Source of the DNA: the human T2T-CHM13v2.0 reference genome, Homo sapiens
Strand: one strand, 5' to 3'
Length of the DNA: 64,000 bases
NCBI RefSeq assembly: GCF_009914755.1
Contig: NC_060933.1
Both the position numbers and the translations under genes were made by a program. The notes under the pieces were generated by a model, which saw only the letters and a list, made by a program, of their open reading frames with translations, had not been told where the DNA came from and ran no database searches. This document shows, piece by piece, positions 28,671 through 43,800 of this stretch (the stretch's first letter is position 1; each line of letters begins with the position of its first letter).

Positions 28671-30389
28671 GCTACCTCTTTTCAGGGCAATAAGTTACAA
28701 ATGGAAAATAGTGAGGATCAAATATTCAATTCATTCAACTTGCAAATCTGGGGCTGATCTTGCCTTTCAAATAGGTGGCTGGCTGAGCAATTTACATTTC
28801 AGCTTTCATTTCCCACTATTTCCTCAGTTCATTCATTTAATCTTCCCTGCAATAAAATAAATCAACAACCCACCATTAAATGCATAGTTCAGTCCAACTT
28901 CAATGCTTTATTTTTAGAGGAGACTTTTACAATAGAGGCATTTGGTAAATGTGAAATATGACCAACACCTATCTTGGTTCCACCTCTCTAATTCTGTTGA
29001 TATAGTCTGACCTAGGTTTCTAGACACCCTATGGAAGTTAAAGTTATTAATGGAATGCAACCAAGATGCCATATTTAATCAAGATAGCTGAAGACAGATT
29101 TTATCTTTGTTTTCATGCATTGGCAATATGTAGTTTTATGTGTTGCCAACAATTTGAGGGGAGTGATGCACTTCTTAAGCTTTTTGTATGACACTTTTCA
29201 TGAGATCAGTCTCTGATGAATATTAATGACTTTCAAAAAAATTGTATCTGGAAGAGATAATCCTAGGTCTTGTTGAAGCATGTATACCACAAATTGTACT
29301 TTGCTTGTAAATTCCAGTTACAGAAAAAATTTATCAGGAGACACTGTACTGTGATCTTTAAAATTATTAAATGTACACATAAACATTTAAAAGATGAATC
29401 TTGAAAATTAGTTTTCTATGTCCTGAATCTAGACAGAAAAAAGCTGGGAATCTGTATCTGGTATATCTTGATAGGGTCTGGAAAAAAGTGTTGTTCAATA
29501 GTCAATCTGGAAAGAAGGTGAATATTAGACGAATTATCCCAATAATAATGAGCATGAAATCTGAAAATACTACAGAGCTGAGGCTTTACTTATGGGTCCA
29601 CATGGAGAGCCAGAAAGAATGCTACATGGCAAGTCAGGATACTCATGCTGTTCAATAAAGCAAACATTTTTAGTGCCTATTATGTGTTAGGCACTGACCT
29701 TGCCTGTGACTCGGGTTCAGTCATTTTACTACATTGGGCTTCAGTTTTCTCATCTGCAAATTGAGATAAATCTTGCCCTGCTGACTTTACATGACAGTTA
29801 TGACAATCAAGGGTGATGAATGAACTGCTAAACATTAAAAGTCTTTTGGTAAATATTAATATTATTATTGCACATAAATATAACAGTTTTACCTGTTCTG
29901 TGAATATCTTTGGCCCCCATACATGACTTTTTTTGTAATGGCAATACTCTTTTTTTTTTTTTTTAACTTACCTAAGATTTAAGTCACTTCTTGTTGCAAG
30001 CAAGCAACTGTTGGTATGATGGCTAAACTAAGCTACTCTCACCTTACTTATACCCTGATCCTTAAAGAAGGTATGGAGCATTTAGTGTGGAGCATTTAAA
30101 GAGGGAAAAAAAATCAATAAAGTTGGATTTATGGTTATCTGATTTCTGCTAATCTCTTTAGAAAGCCTAACACTTGGGTCATAACATTCTTCACATGTGT
30201 AATAACTGGTTTAGTATCTGTCTTCACTACAAGAGTAGAAGTTACAAGAATTGTCCACTCTTTCAAATACAATGCCTTCATATGGCAGGCAAAACACACA
30301 GAACATACATATTTGTTTAATAAATGAATAAACTGATTGAGACTTTATGTTCATCAGAGAAAGTATCAATTATTTAGCTAGATCTTATT

Positions 30390-30600
30390 ATAAGACAGGT
30401 GCTAAGTGCTTTAACATATATTAACTCATTTAATCCTCTCAACAACTATACGAAGGAGGTGCTAATCTGCCCACTTTACAGGTGAAGAAATAAGGACACA
30501 GAAAAATTAAGTTACTTTCTCCAGGTTACATAGCTAGTAAGTGGTGGAATTAGGACATGAACCTAGACAGGCTGGCTTCAGAGTCTGTGCCCTTAGTCTC
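30390..30600 (-). mobile_element. MIR SINE
   Basis: CTCATTTAATCCTCTCAACAAC...CCACTTTACAGGTGAAGAAA...TAGCTAGTAAGTGG. Confidence 0.82.
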
Positions 30601-31591
30601 AAGGCAATACAGTGTAAATGTCTGTGCATGCTGACTACATACGCATCTTAAAGCTCTGGCTTCCTGACAGTTAATCATCACTCACATAGAGTTAGCCTCT
30701 TGACATCCCCTATGCTTAGGTATGAAGCTGTTAAGTAAGAGAAGAAAAATGGAAAAAGGACATTTACTGTTTCTGTGGCTTCTTAAAGACACTAAGACTA
30801 CAGACAATGAACTTAGAAGAAAAATGATTAGGCTGATTTAGAGGTTCATCCCAAACATCCCAATAACCATGACCAAATGAAGCCATGTCCCAAGACGTGC
30901 TAGCCACGGACACAGAATAATGTGTATGAGGCTCAAACTGAAGGCCCAAAGAGATACACAGGAACAGGGCAGGTCCCCAGTGAGTCATTTCAGAGCAATT
31001 GCTTTTTGCTTTCCTTCTCCCATTTACTTCATTTCTCATCTGTTCTTATATGAATCAAACCCCAGAACTGCGAGGAAGATAAACTCTGAGTGATTCTTGC
31101 TATTGCCAAACCCAGTGAAAGAACCACCGGGGGCCAATCATAAACTGCATGGGGACCCATGACTACTCAGTCAACATGACTTCTGCCCAATCCAGTGGGT
31201 GCGCAGACTCTACAAAGGGCAAATGCTGATGGTGAGCTTAATGGGATAATGCAATTTGTACTGGCCACCGAGCAAAGAATATACCAGACTGGAAAGCCAA
31301 TCTGCCAATCAACTCATACATAGTAAGTTCCTACCATTTGCCACAGATTAGAACACAAGAGTTATGTTGGTGCATCAGTAGTAGCCATCCATGTTCCATA
31401 CTTGTGTCGTAAGAACCAAAACTCTAGAGAGAAACCTTCCAGAAACTGTCCTCAACCTTCCAGGTCTCTTCCAGCCTCTTCCCAAGACAGCTGCATTCTG
31501 CTCTAGGGTTCTGTGAAATATGCCTGTAATCTTAGAAGTAAATTTTTCTCCACCACCCATAATTTATTGCTTGCTTGCTTAAACTAAACTA

Positions 31592-32009
<418 letters not shown>

Positions 32010-32579
32010 TCAGAATTCAGAATGGTGCTGTGATACATATAGTACCCATTACATAACACCCCCAGCAGAGCCTGGGGCAGCACCTTGGAATCAAGCACAT
32101 TAATACCTTTTCAGGGAAACATGAATGTTCATATTAAGTTAGATAAATAAAGAATACAAATAGTTTCATGCAGATGAAAACACTCATGGTTTTCAGGCTT
32201 TTTCTAGACTTCAGAATAATGGATTGTAGTCCTATATTTATAACCCAAAGTCCAATGCAGTGGGCTTATGTCTAAAAGGGGTCAAGGGTTCAGTGTGTTC
32301 ATTAGAAGGCATGAGGCTCTTTTGTCAGCCTTCTCTTCCTTTCCCTTTTCCTAGCATCCCCCTCCCCAAGGTATTTCCAAACAATGTATTTCAAGCTTAC
32401 ATTCTACCATCTTTTCATCAATCAAACCACAAAGGGCCTGAAATGAGGGACTGGAAAAGTCATAGGTAAGGAAGGAAGAGTGACGGCAAACTGACTTATC
32501 CATTAGACGTTAGACGAAATAGCCCTGATTCACCCAGCAGAAGGAGGAGGGTGCTCTGTTTCTTTATGGAAAAGCAGGA

Positions 32580-32780
32580 GGAGTTGAATATTTACACAGT
32601 GCTTACCACAGCTAAGCCTTTAAATATATGGTTTCATTTCATCCTCTCAGTAAATCTTAGGAGGTAAGTGCTACTGTTATCCCCCATTTTACCTATGAGG
32701 ACACAGAGACTTAGTAAGCCAGGAAGTGGCAAAACTGGGATTCCAACCTATCCTGTGTTGATACCAGAGCCCACACTCTT
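32580..32780 (-). mobile_element. MIR SINE
   Basis: ATCCCCCATTTTACCTATGAGGACACAGAGAC core. Confidence 0.7.
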
Positions 32781-34789
32781 AATTTGTTTAACTTGGTATA
32801 AATAAAGTCATGTACATTGAGTGTTACTCAAACCTAATTTTCTCAGTTACAAGCACCAAATAGGAAGGAAAGGGGTTATATGTTTTGTTTTGTTTTCATT
32901 TTTGCTTGGCATGAGCAGAACAGGAAGGTATAGTGTTGGGGTGCAGGGAGAGGTCTAGGGGACATACACTGTTTTTCAAGCCTGCATCAGTTGAGATATC
33001 ATGTGTATTGGCAAAGCTTGTGCACACAGAGGTCCAGGCAGGTGACCAAGCTACTGTGAAGTGAATCTTTTGTTTGGGCACACAATGCTACCCCTGCAGG
33101 GATTTCTGAAGCTCGCTCCAGAGCGTCATGGCCATTGCCTGTCAGAGCTCTACCTCATGCCTAGAAGCAGCTGCTGCTTCTTCAAAGGAGTCCAGGCTCA
33201 GCTGATATCTAATCTCAGAATAATACATGATACTGTCCCCCCCTGCCCGACTCAGAATCCAAGGGGAAAATAATGAGATCCTCTAGGTTCCCCCAAGACT
33301 CACTTCCCAGGCTTGCACTATTTCCTTTTCTGCAGCCTCCTACTGCCTAGACTTGGAGGACTGGTTTCAGTCAGAATAATCCCCGCCTCCCACCTCCACC
33401 CCCGTGTGCTTAAAAGCAAGCTCTCAGAGTTCATGACAAGTACAGAGAGATGGAGGGTAATGGAATAGGCGGGATGCTTGATTTTTCTTGCAGAATCCCA
33501 TGCTTGTGTGGGCAAGATGAATCTGCAAGCACACACTGGATTATTCTAGGTGCCAATTTAGGAAGAGAACATCCAAGTTTGCCATGAGCAAAGGCAGAGC
33601 AAGGGCTACATGCTCTCCTGAAAGCAGATCCCAGAATTCCAGGGCAGGGAGTGAAAAATGCCTCCAAGGCTTGACTTCCTGCCTACCTGCATCAGAGTTC
33701 AGGGCACCTTGATGCAGACCTAAAGCAGTGCTAGTTCCATTTTTTTTCCCACCCACCAGAAGGCCAGGGCTAAGCCTCCTTAGTACAACCCATAGACTTT
33801 ATGTTCAACAAAAGGAGAAACTTCAGGAACTGATATAGCCCAAATGTGCAAGCATTCCCAAAGAGCATCTGGTTACCTCCAAGGGAAAAAGAAATGCAAG
33901 CAGGCATGAACCACGTCACCTGCCAGACAATTCCCATGTGGCTAACGTCAAACATTCTTTCAGAGTGACTGGTTTGAAGAGAGATGTCTGCAAGGACAAG
34001 GAAAAGCTTTTCATATGCAGCCACCTCTCTGCTCCAGTTACTCTAGTAGTGCCTTAATGTCAGCCCAGGTAGTCATGCCTCTGGGATAAGTAGGTACATA
34101 GAAGGCACTAATAAATCTCAGATTTTCTAACAAACTCGAGAGATGGATTTACTCCATTGTTTTTTTGTGGCTCATCTTCCCCTAGTTCAAATAAAAAAAA
34201 GGAATGTGCAGAACAATAAAGATTCTATTCATATTTTTTGCCTTGTCTTTGATCTAGTTGGAATCTGTGTTTCAATACTGAATGGGAAATGAATGCCTTT
34301 GGAATTTCAGTCTTCCTGTTCAAATTTATTTCCCATCATGCCCTTCAGGAGCCCTCACAGAGGTTTCCTTATCCTCTCTTCTGCCTCTTTGGTGAGGCCT
34401 TTGCTTCCCTCCCTCCTAGGTCAGGCTCTCCAGCAGTCCCTCCAACCAAGCCCACCTGGCCCTATCTTGCCTATTAAGTTGGTTTTTACACCTGTGGGCC
34501 TGGCTACCTAGCCTGAACCCAACCCAATACTTCTGGTTTCACTGAGCGGTGACCAACCTACTTCCATCCCCAGTTTGTTCCAGTTTAGTACCTCCTGGGT
34601 CACACTTTAGGCATAATCCCTTCTCTAACAGCAGCCACTGCAAGCTGAATGTTTGGTCTACATGTTTATTACAGGCTATCCATGCATTCAGCAGCTATTT
34701 ACTGAGGGGCTGCTATGGACTAGGCATATCAAAACAACATGGTGATGAAAAAATAATGTCCTTGTGATCAAGGAGCTCATGATCTAGTA

Positions 34790-34940
34790 TATCTGTGCTT
34801 CTCACACTGGAATGTGCACAGAGACCACCTAGGGAAATTGTTAAAATGCAGAATTTGTTTCAGCAATATGATCTCAGGCAGAGGCCAAAGTTCTGCATTT
34901 TTAACAATTTCCCAGGTAATGCTGATGCAAATCATGCCTG
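34790..34940. mobile_element. MER5A-like hAT relic within an L2 fragment
   Basis: TTGTTAAAATGCAGA...TCTGCATTTTTAACAA...CCCAGGTAATGCTGATGC internal inverted repeat. Confidence 0.72.
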
Positions 34941-36924
34941 AAGTACAACGTAGTAAGAAAGCGGTTGGGGAGATAGGGTGTTCACAGGGGTACCTCTAAC
35001 TTAGTCCCTGATATTACAGCTGAGACCCAAAGGATGAATAGGAGTTGTCTAGAAAGAGATGAGTTTGTTCTGTGTGGAGAAATAAGACGTGGTAGAGGCC
35101 AAAGGTAAAACAAAGTAAAAATGTTGAGTTTCCATTCATTGCGGTCCAAAGCCTAAACAGAAGGAAGTTATTTTAGGATAATTTATTGACATGACTTATT
35201 GCCAGGGAAGATGGCCACTCATCAAAGGTGATAGCTGCAGGGCATATCTAAAATGGCTGGATGGCAGGTGCCATGGCTCCCAGCTCTGCCAAAGATGCCT
35301 GTGCTCTAAGATTAGCACAAATGCTGCATGCTCAAGGGGACCATGTGGGCTGGAACAATGGTAACCCATGTAGATAAGGGACTGGGTGGGTTGCTTTGTA
35401 TTTTGGCACTGAGTTAAGTCCTGGAAGCTTTACCAAAGTCTGAGGAAGGGTACAAAGCCTGAATAATGTCTAAGCTGGCTTTCCCACCACCTGGTGGAAC
35501 AGGGACTATACTCAGATATGTTAAACTAAGGAAAATAAACATGACATTCTGATCACCCTCAAATTTTGGTTCTTGACTCATACATACTTTAGAAATTCAA
35601 AATGGTTCAATCTATATGTAACCCCCATAAGTCTTTAGGAGACACCCTGATTTTAGGTCAGTGCTACAAATGACATGACATAAAGGGAAAGGCCCAGAGT
35701 TAAACTTCTAGAGCTTCTCATAAATCGTAGGAACACCCTATTACACCCACTTCAACTAAGAGGTCTTGGTTGGCTTTACAACTCTCAATAATGCTCTAAG
35801 ATGAACCACTTGGAAAGCCCAATGAAATATGGCCATCAAAACAAACCAGCCAGCTGCATAGCCCCACATGGAAAAGTGTGATATTTGGAAATATCTCCAT
35901 CAGGGAGGTAGTATATGCAGAATGAGCAATAATAGTGTCTCACACAGACAACAGCTGAAATCTGATCTCAGAAGTCATAGAAAGGAAAAGAAAGGGGACA
36001 AAACCATCCTAAAAATATTCTAATCACACTCAGAGCAATTCAAAATGATAAATAGCTAAGAGAAAAATAGATTCTAAAACAATTAAACAGAGGAAACAAA
36101 CAGAGAAACTAGAACTAAGACAATGGCTCATTGTCTTACTGTGTCTTAGTTCACTGTGTCAGTTAGTGGCAGGAGGAGGAAGCTGGGCTGGGCACTGGAG
36201 ACTGAGAATCTGGGAAAAGGAGTACTCAGATGGATGCTGTGGCTGTTGCATAGACGGAGAGCTTGGGCCAGCCCACCAGTGGTGCTGGTGGAAGATTGCC
36301 TAGTTTCAAAGTTACCATTCAAGGTCACGAACTTGGAAGTTCCATAATACTGAGTTTCAAGGTTGCCCCTCAAAGGATAAGCACTATCACCAGGTAAAAG
36401 CACAGATGGTGTCTCTAATGGTTACTCTGAAACTAGGTATCAGAGAGGAGGAGCAAGGATGTGCTGAGGGTTAGAAGATCTAAGTTAGTGTCTGAGGCAG
36501 ACAGATCAGTGCCTGCAGCTCAGGAGCGAATGCAACGAAGTTCTATGGAGGCCCTTTGCTCCAACAGAGTTCCCTGATGGTCTGCTGAGGGTGCCACTTG
36601 CCTTCTAAGGGCTTCCCAGAGCTGTTGCTTAAACATTTCACCCTGTCTGATCAATCTCTCTGGATTTAAGGTGACATCACTACTCCTTGACCTGGTACTT
36701 TCATTCTCCACATCCTCTGCCAGGCACACCTTTTTAGTACAATTAGGGAAGCTTAGAGGAACTGCTGAGGCCACAAGGGATTGGCAACTGAGCCCCAGGC
36801 TTTTCTTTCCTGTGCTGCAGGGATGGTGCTCTCCGGCAGCCTCTCATGGTCTTTGATTCATTTCTGACTCCCACAAAGAGGAAAGCAGGCCCCAAAGGCA
36901 ATCATAAGTGGCAAGTGCTATGGA

Positions 36925-37142
36925 GCCATGGTTTTCAAATTGTGCTCCTCAAAGCTTTAGGGTTCTGCTTCCTGAGCAAAGGAAGCTACCTCATCTTGGA
37001 GGACCAGGCGGGGAGGGTAGGAGTGCGGACTCTGAGCCTTTCACCCACTACTGCAGCCAACGCAGAACCAATTTTACTTATTTCATTTAAGGTTCTAAGT
37101 CTTTTTTTTGTTTGAAAAATATAAAAAGGTTTGAAACCACTA
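36925..37142. mobile_element. hAT-Charlie-type MITE relic
   Basis: Terminal inverted repeats GGTTTTCAAA...TTTGAAACC; subfamily not assigned. Confidence 0.5.
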
Positions 37143-40100
37143 AAATAGTGTGTCTGCATCAATAACATCACACCATATTTTTTATAGTTAACTGAAAAGT
37201 TAAAGCCAAGGTAAAAGAAGAATTCGTCCAGGCGGAATTCAAAGGAGATGAAAAATTCCTAAAACAGGTCATCGTGAAACACAAAAGCTCATTTGGCCAC
37301 TCATCTGGATTCTTAGTGAGGATTTTATTGGTGGTTATTTTAAAGTATTTTCTGTGAAAGTAGGCGCAACAACTCCTGGTTCTTACCACCGTGACATTAA
37401 CCTTCTAAACCCTCCCGTTCAGATCATTAACCCCATGGGATTCTGTTCCACAGTTTGTTAAGCTGCCATCCTGCCTGCTTGGGAAAAAAAAAAAAAAATC
37501 CCAGTCAAAGATCAGATTTCACCTGAGACTTTAAAGCCCCAAGAATTTGGCCAATGCTAATTTAGACATTTTTTAAAACAGGTTCCTCCACTTGTAAATG
37601 ACTGCGATTTTGTGCAGAGTTAGAAAAAATGCCTTCTGTATTGGGAAAAATTCAATTATTTTAAAGATAAATTCTCATTTTAAAAATGATTTTCTACCCT
37701 TAAAACAGTATTCTTTATATTCTCAAAGGAGGAGAAGCTAGATCACCCTACAATTTAAAAATAAATAAACCTCATGAATTGTATCCAAAGAAACAAAAGT
37801 TAAACAAACATATTCCTCACTTAACTAGAGATGTAACATGTGGTTTTATTTTAGTTGTTAAAGCTAACTCCTGATCTCCTTCCAAACAGGCCTAGTGACT
37901 TAATTACCATATTTGAAAGGAGAGCCACGAAAAAAATGGAGACAGGGAAGGAGACAGATGAATCTTCTTGGATATTTCTTCACAAGATTCAGAGGGAGTC
38001 CAATCCCACAAAAAGGACAGCCTTAGGCATCTTCTAGAAAGACAAAGCCTTTCTTGGGAGGGAGAGCTTGACCTTAAGTGGCAGCAAGAATCAACTACTA
38101 TGGAGATAACATGAGGACCAGTGATGTAAATATTCCTTGAGACCAAGGTACAACACTGATGACTGACAGCCACAGAACTCTGTGTCTCCACTCTATCTTC
38201 TTTCAGGTCCCCTTCCAGTCTGCTTTTAAAGTTGTGGAGTCAGGTGACTGGGGATGTGTGAAGCTGGGAACTTCTGGGATTCTGAAATGCAAAACACTGG
38301 AGGCAGTCCCAGAGAAGAAGAGAAAGAACATTCTTTTCCAAATGACACAAGCAGACTTAAGTAAATTTATTTGTTCAGAAAAGGTCAGTAAAGTCATGCT
38401 TTTCCCATTAAAAATTGTATACAACTGATCAACATGACGGATAAACACAACTCTGTGTAGCAAGAGACCCAAGGCATGTTACAAACTCCCCCAACACCTC
38501 TAGCATATGCTGGAATAAATGAATATTGGCCTGGGAAGAAAAGTAACTTTAGAAACAGTCCAACATCCATTAGGCAGTGTGCTTCACAGAAGCAAAAGAC
38601 ATCAGACGATCAACTACCATGTTCAGAAAAATAAACCAGAAACTTGCACTGCTAAATAAAAGTTTAATTAAAGGGAAGAAGGCTATCTATTATTAAAATG
38701 GTCACAGAAAAGAGTAGTAGATCCAAGGTTTCACTTCCAGTCATTTCCATAAAACCTATTTTGATCATTCAACCAGATAGAAGCTCCCTCTTCTTTTACA
38801 ATTCTGTAAGATTTCTTTTTTTTTTCTCTATGTGCTGAATTTCTTTCCCTGTGTTGTAGAGGCAGTAATAATTCAATCACAGGGTTATTGCCATTTGAGA
38901 TACTGGAATAATCTGCAAATGTAAAAGTTCTATTCAGTATTGTCATAGTAGTAAAGCTTTTATTTTTAGTAGTCTCTTTTCACTTTGAGATAGTAACCTC
39001 AAGGACAGGAAGTACTTTTTGCTTTTCTTTCTATGCCCTGCAATGCCTTATCTCATGCCCAGCACATGGTAGGTTTTCCGCAAGTCTCTTTTGAATGGAA
39101 CTGCATCTCTGCCAGGTTTGCACACCGCTGATCCTTATCTTCCCTCAGAACAGGTACTGTCATTGACAATCCTTTTCCATAATAGAACGTTAGTATTTGA
39201 GAGGATCCTGGAAGTTGTCTAGTCTCATCCTTTCCTGCCCAAAAATAGTACTGGAAAAATGCAGAGATCCTGACTTTGAAATAATGGTGGGATTCCATTC
39301 TGGGCTATGCATTTTAATCAGTGTTAATGCATAACCAGGAAGTTCTTACTCCACCTGCTTAATTTCATACCCTCTTGAACAGAAAAATGGGGCATTAAAG
39401 GAATGCTCCAAGGATGACATGAAAAGAAGAGGAGAAAGGAAGCTGTTTTCCATCTTTGCTAAAAGCACAAAAATATTCCCCAATTACATGGAATTCTCTA
39501 TTCATCTGAGAGACAGACTGATGTTAGAAAATAGATTCAGGAATACCCTTTTCTCTTGAGAATATTATCTTTTCTTTAAGAAAATCAACATCTTTATTTC
39601 AGGAACTATTTTTTTTTTTCTAAATGAGATTTGCTGATTTTCTTTTTGCAGCATGACTTTTTTTATTCAAATATGAAGATACATATTTGATATAAATTTA
39701 GTACCGGCTCAAAAAGAGATATTAAATTCAGGGCTTTGTAAACATTATCTCATTTATGTATGATAGTAATGATTTTTTATATATGTATGTTTTTATTATA
39801 CTTTAATATAATAATTTTAAATCAGAAATTACTCCAGTCCCTATCTCCCCTTTTCTAGCTCTGAACACATTTTCCACCTATGTCTGCACCATGCTACAGC
39901 CATTAGCTTCACCCATCTTAAGCAGTAAGATGATTTTAAACTGTGAAGCAGCCATGAATTAAGCCACATAGAGGTGAAACTGCTGTCAGATGTTTAGTAG
40001 ATTTGAGGGTGCAAACTTAATCATTTACTGTCACAGAAATCAGAAATGCAAAAAAATCTTTGAGATAAACCAACCTCATGCCTTCTACCTTAAAAAGAGA

Positions 40101-41407
40101 ATTCTCTGCCTTCTTCATGGGGCCAAGGATATCAAATGAGCCTACAAAGCTCCATCTCCACCCTCCAGTTAATCAAATCTGAAAAAATTCCTGGAAGAGA
40201 AGCAGCGAAGGGAGGTTGCACTGTGAATTGTCAAGGCCTTTAGAATTCCTGTGATTTATAGATGAGAATGAAGCCTTTCCATGCATATTGAAGGTGCATG
40301 GGATTCTTAATTTATGGCTTAGGAGTTGCAGGCTACAGTAATAAACCTGCTAAACTACTGAATCACTGCCAAGAGTGACCTTTACAGAGCCTGCAGAGGT
40401 CAAGCAGCCTTCTCCTTGCGAGTCAAAGAATTCTTGGCTAAATCAAAGCTCTTTTGGTTTAAGAAAAGAGAAAACCACTTGAGCCAACAGAAGCAAACAT
40501 AAGCAATTTGATAAAAGGAAACAAGAGCAGGAGGTGGAGCCCAGCATCATGAGGGAATGGAAATAGAACTAAAAAATCCAGACTCAGGGTATTTGCTCAC
40601 CTCTGTGAAGATGCATGGTAGCCTCATGTCTTCTTACTACTTCTGCAGACTGACATTCCTGGCTTTGTAATTTGGAATCAGAGATGTTGATTAGATACTG
40701 ATGTAGATTAGAATACCCCTCGGAGGACAAATGCTGCCTTACAAGTGTTTTTGCTCATCTGGGCTGTCTGCTGACCCTCTTGTGTTGACCTACAATATAC
40801 TTGTCTTTCCTGCCCTTGTCTTACTTAATCTTTCAACCCCCTCCTCTTGGCAGCATCTCTTTCCTCTGCTCATGAATACCAGTCTCCACTGTGTTTTCTC
40901 TTAACTCTCTGACTTCTCCTCAAACTCCTTTACCAACAATTCCCCTTTCTCCACCCACCATTAAATGTGGTGTGCCTCAAAGCTCTGTCCTAGGCCTTTT
41001 CTTTCTATGCTTTAACCCACAAGTGCTCTTAGCCACACCCATGACTTCAGCTGCCATTTATACGGCCCAGCCAAGACCTTTTTTTCTGAATCCCAGGCCT
41101 ATATATCCACCTGCTTGGTCCATATACCTACTTGAATATCTCAGAGGCACCTCAAACCCAACTCATCCAAACTTCCCACCCTCAAGAACTCCTCCTCCAA
41201 GATTCTCAATCTCAGTAAATGGCTCTACTCCCCTGCTCAAGCCGGAAATTTAGGGCTTACCTTTACTCCTCCTGCTCCCTGCTCTACCCCTCACACATTT
41301 CCTCAGCTTGTCCTCCTAAACCTCTCCAATCAACCCAACTCTTTCCACACTTGAGTTGAGGCTCTCATCATCTCTTATCTGGGCCACTGCAAAGGGCTCT
41401 CAGTTGG

Positions 41408-41598
41408 TGCTGGGGCTCAGGAAAAACCACCCCAAAACATGACTGTAGGAGAACATAATACACCACTCTAAAATATGTCTCTTGGCATGTTGACTATTTC
41501 AAACTGATTATTTTGAAAAACTGTAGACACAGGCAGAGCTCTGAAAAGTCACTCTTGTAAGAGAAATGTACATCTAAAGGAAAATACCATTTGTAAGG

Positions 41599-41638
<40 letters not shown>

Positions 41639-42004
41639 CCCACCAGGGAGAAAGGGATGGATAAATGAGGAGGGAGGGAAGGCCTAGACTAAAATCTGCA
41701 TAATCTTACCCTTGTTTTCTCTTTTCCTGGCCATTTTCCCATAACCAGAGTTTCCCCACACTCCTTTTTTAATTTGTTTCAGCAAACTATGGCACAAACC
41801 TGAGGTTTAAACTATTTTTCTTTGAGCTCTGCTGGAGAAATGTATTCATTTCTCTGGGGTTTTCCCCATGTGTACATAAAGTATACATGTTTATAAACTT
41901 CTTTTGTTTTCTTTTGTGTGTGTATGTGTGTGTTTTCTCAGGAAGTTCCATTTAAGAGCTATGAAAGGTAGAGTAGAGAGAAAAATTATTTTTTCTCCAT
42001 GACA
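41408..42004 (+). mobile_element. MER34/MER39-family ERV1 solo LTR with internal (CT)n
   Basis: TG...CA termini, TGCTGGGGCTCAG...CCCCAAAA and TGTAGGAGA...AAAATATG start; 4-bp TSD TTGG/CTGG. Confidence 0.75.
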
Positions 42005-42130
42005 CTGGGCATCCATCCTTGCCCCTCCCCAGTCTGTGGCCAGAGCAATTCTTTTAACATTCAAGTCTTAACATGTCACTCATCTGCCTTCAGAGGCTTC
42101 CTATAACCCTAGAATAAAGAACAGAGTTCT

Positions 42131-42553
<423 letters not shown>

Positions 42554-43299
42554 TAGTCCTTCAGGGATGCCTCAGTTTTCTCACGTCAGGACCTTTGTAG
42601 CTGTTGTTCTACCCCGCTACCCAGACCCCGTACCACCATCCTATCCTTTCTACCTTGCTGAGTCCCATTTACCCTTCTGGTCTCACCTAAAGTATCATTT
42701 CTAAGGGGCTCCTATTAGAGACTTTGTGTATGTTTGGTAATATTTGTATGTGAGCTTGTACTTTGTATATTGGCACACTGCATTTTCCTCTGTTAAACTT
42801 TTCACACTTGTAATTATTTCTTTCACTTGTTCATTCATCAACTTATACAAAGCACTTTCATGTGCCTGGCACTATCTAGGCACTGGGTTGCAACACTGAG
42901 TGGAAGAGATTCCTACACTCATGGAGCTTCCATCCTCTGTAGGTCTTACTCTACTATTTGCTTTTAAGTTCATGAGGACAAGGTCATGCACGTTTTGTTT
43001 CCCACTGTGTTCCAGTGTTTCGCACATTAGCTCACTGTCTGGCATGTGTGAAACAGTCAACAAATATTTGCTGACTGTCTGATTGGCCTCCCGAAGTTAC
43101 TACTGTACTATTGGGTACATAGTAAGTAAATACAAGTTGAATTAGACAACTGCTTGCAGGCAATTGTGTCCACAGAAAATGGCAATGCTTCAGACTTGTT
43201 ATGATGATTTGCATTTTATTTGACTTTTTAGTAAGGAATTATTGATCTTCTTATCTCTGTTATGATTAATATAAATGAATAAATATACATGACAAACAA

Positions 43300-43800
43300 C
43301 TTCAGAGTGAAAATAATATTAAGGAAATTAGGCGGGTTATCTAATAGAAACAGAAGGGATCTAGGTCACATTATATTGGATGGTTAGAGGAGTCCTCCCA
43401 AAGGAAGGAGAAATTTGAGCGGGGATCTGAATATGAAGAAAGAGCAGCCAGCTATGCAAAAATCCAGGGCCAAGCTTTCCAGACACAAGGAACAGAACGC
43501 GCAAAGGCTCGGGGAAAGGGAGTAGGGGGAAGAGCTGGGAGTGGGGGGAAGACCTGGGGGTGGGGGGAGTGTGTTTTGAGAAGCATAAAAAAGCCTAGGG
43601 TGGCTGAAGTCCAGCAGGCAAGGGGAAATCCTGAAAGAGGAGATGGCAAAAGTAGCCAGGGGCCTCCTCACAAAGGGTCCAGTAGGCCAAGGTAAGGATT
43701 TAAGATTTTATTCTGGTTGTAGTGGGAAGATATTGCACTTTAGAAAGTAGATAGTTAATATGATCTATGTTTTTTAAGAAAATAAATTATTTGCTCTGTG
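43300..43800 (-). mobile_element. L2 fragment
   Basis: CAGCCAGCTATGCAAAAATCCAGGG...GTAGGCCAAGGTAAGGATTTAAGATTTTATTCT. Confidence 0.65.

Noticed and set aside
35484-35497. CTCF-like CCACCAGGTGGTGG (minus strand)
   Set aside because: Mismatch at the conserved GGC position; cannot be supported without PWM scoring or ChIP data.
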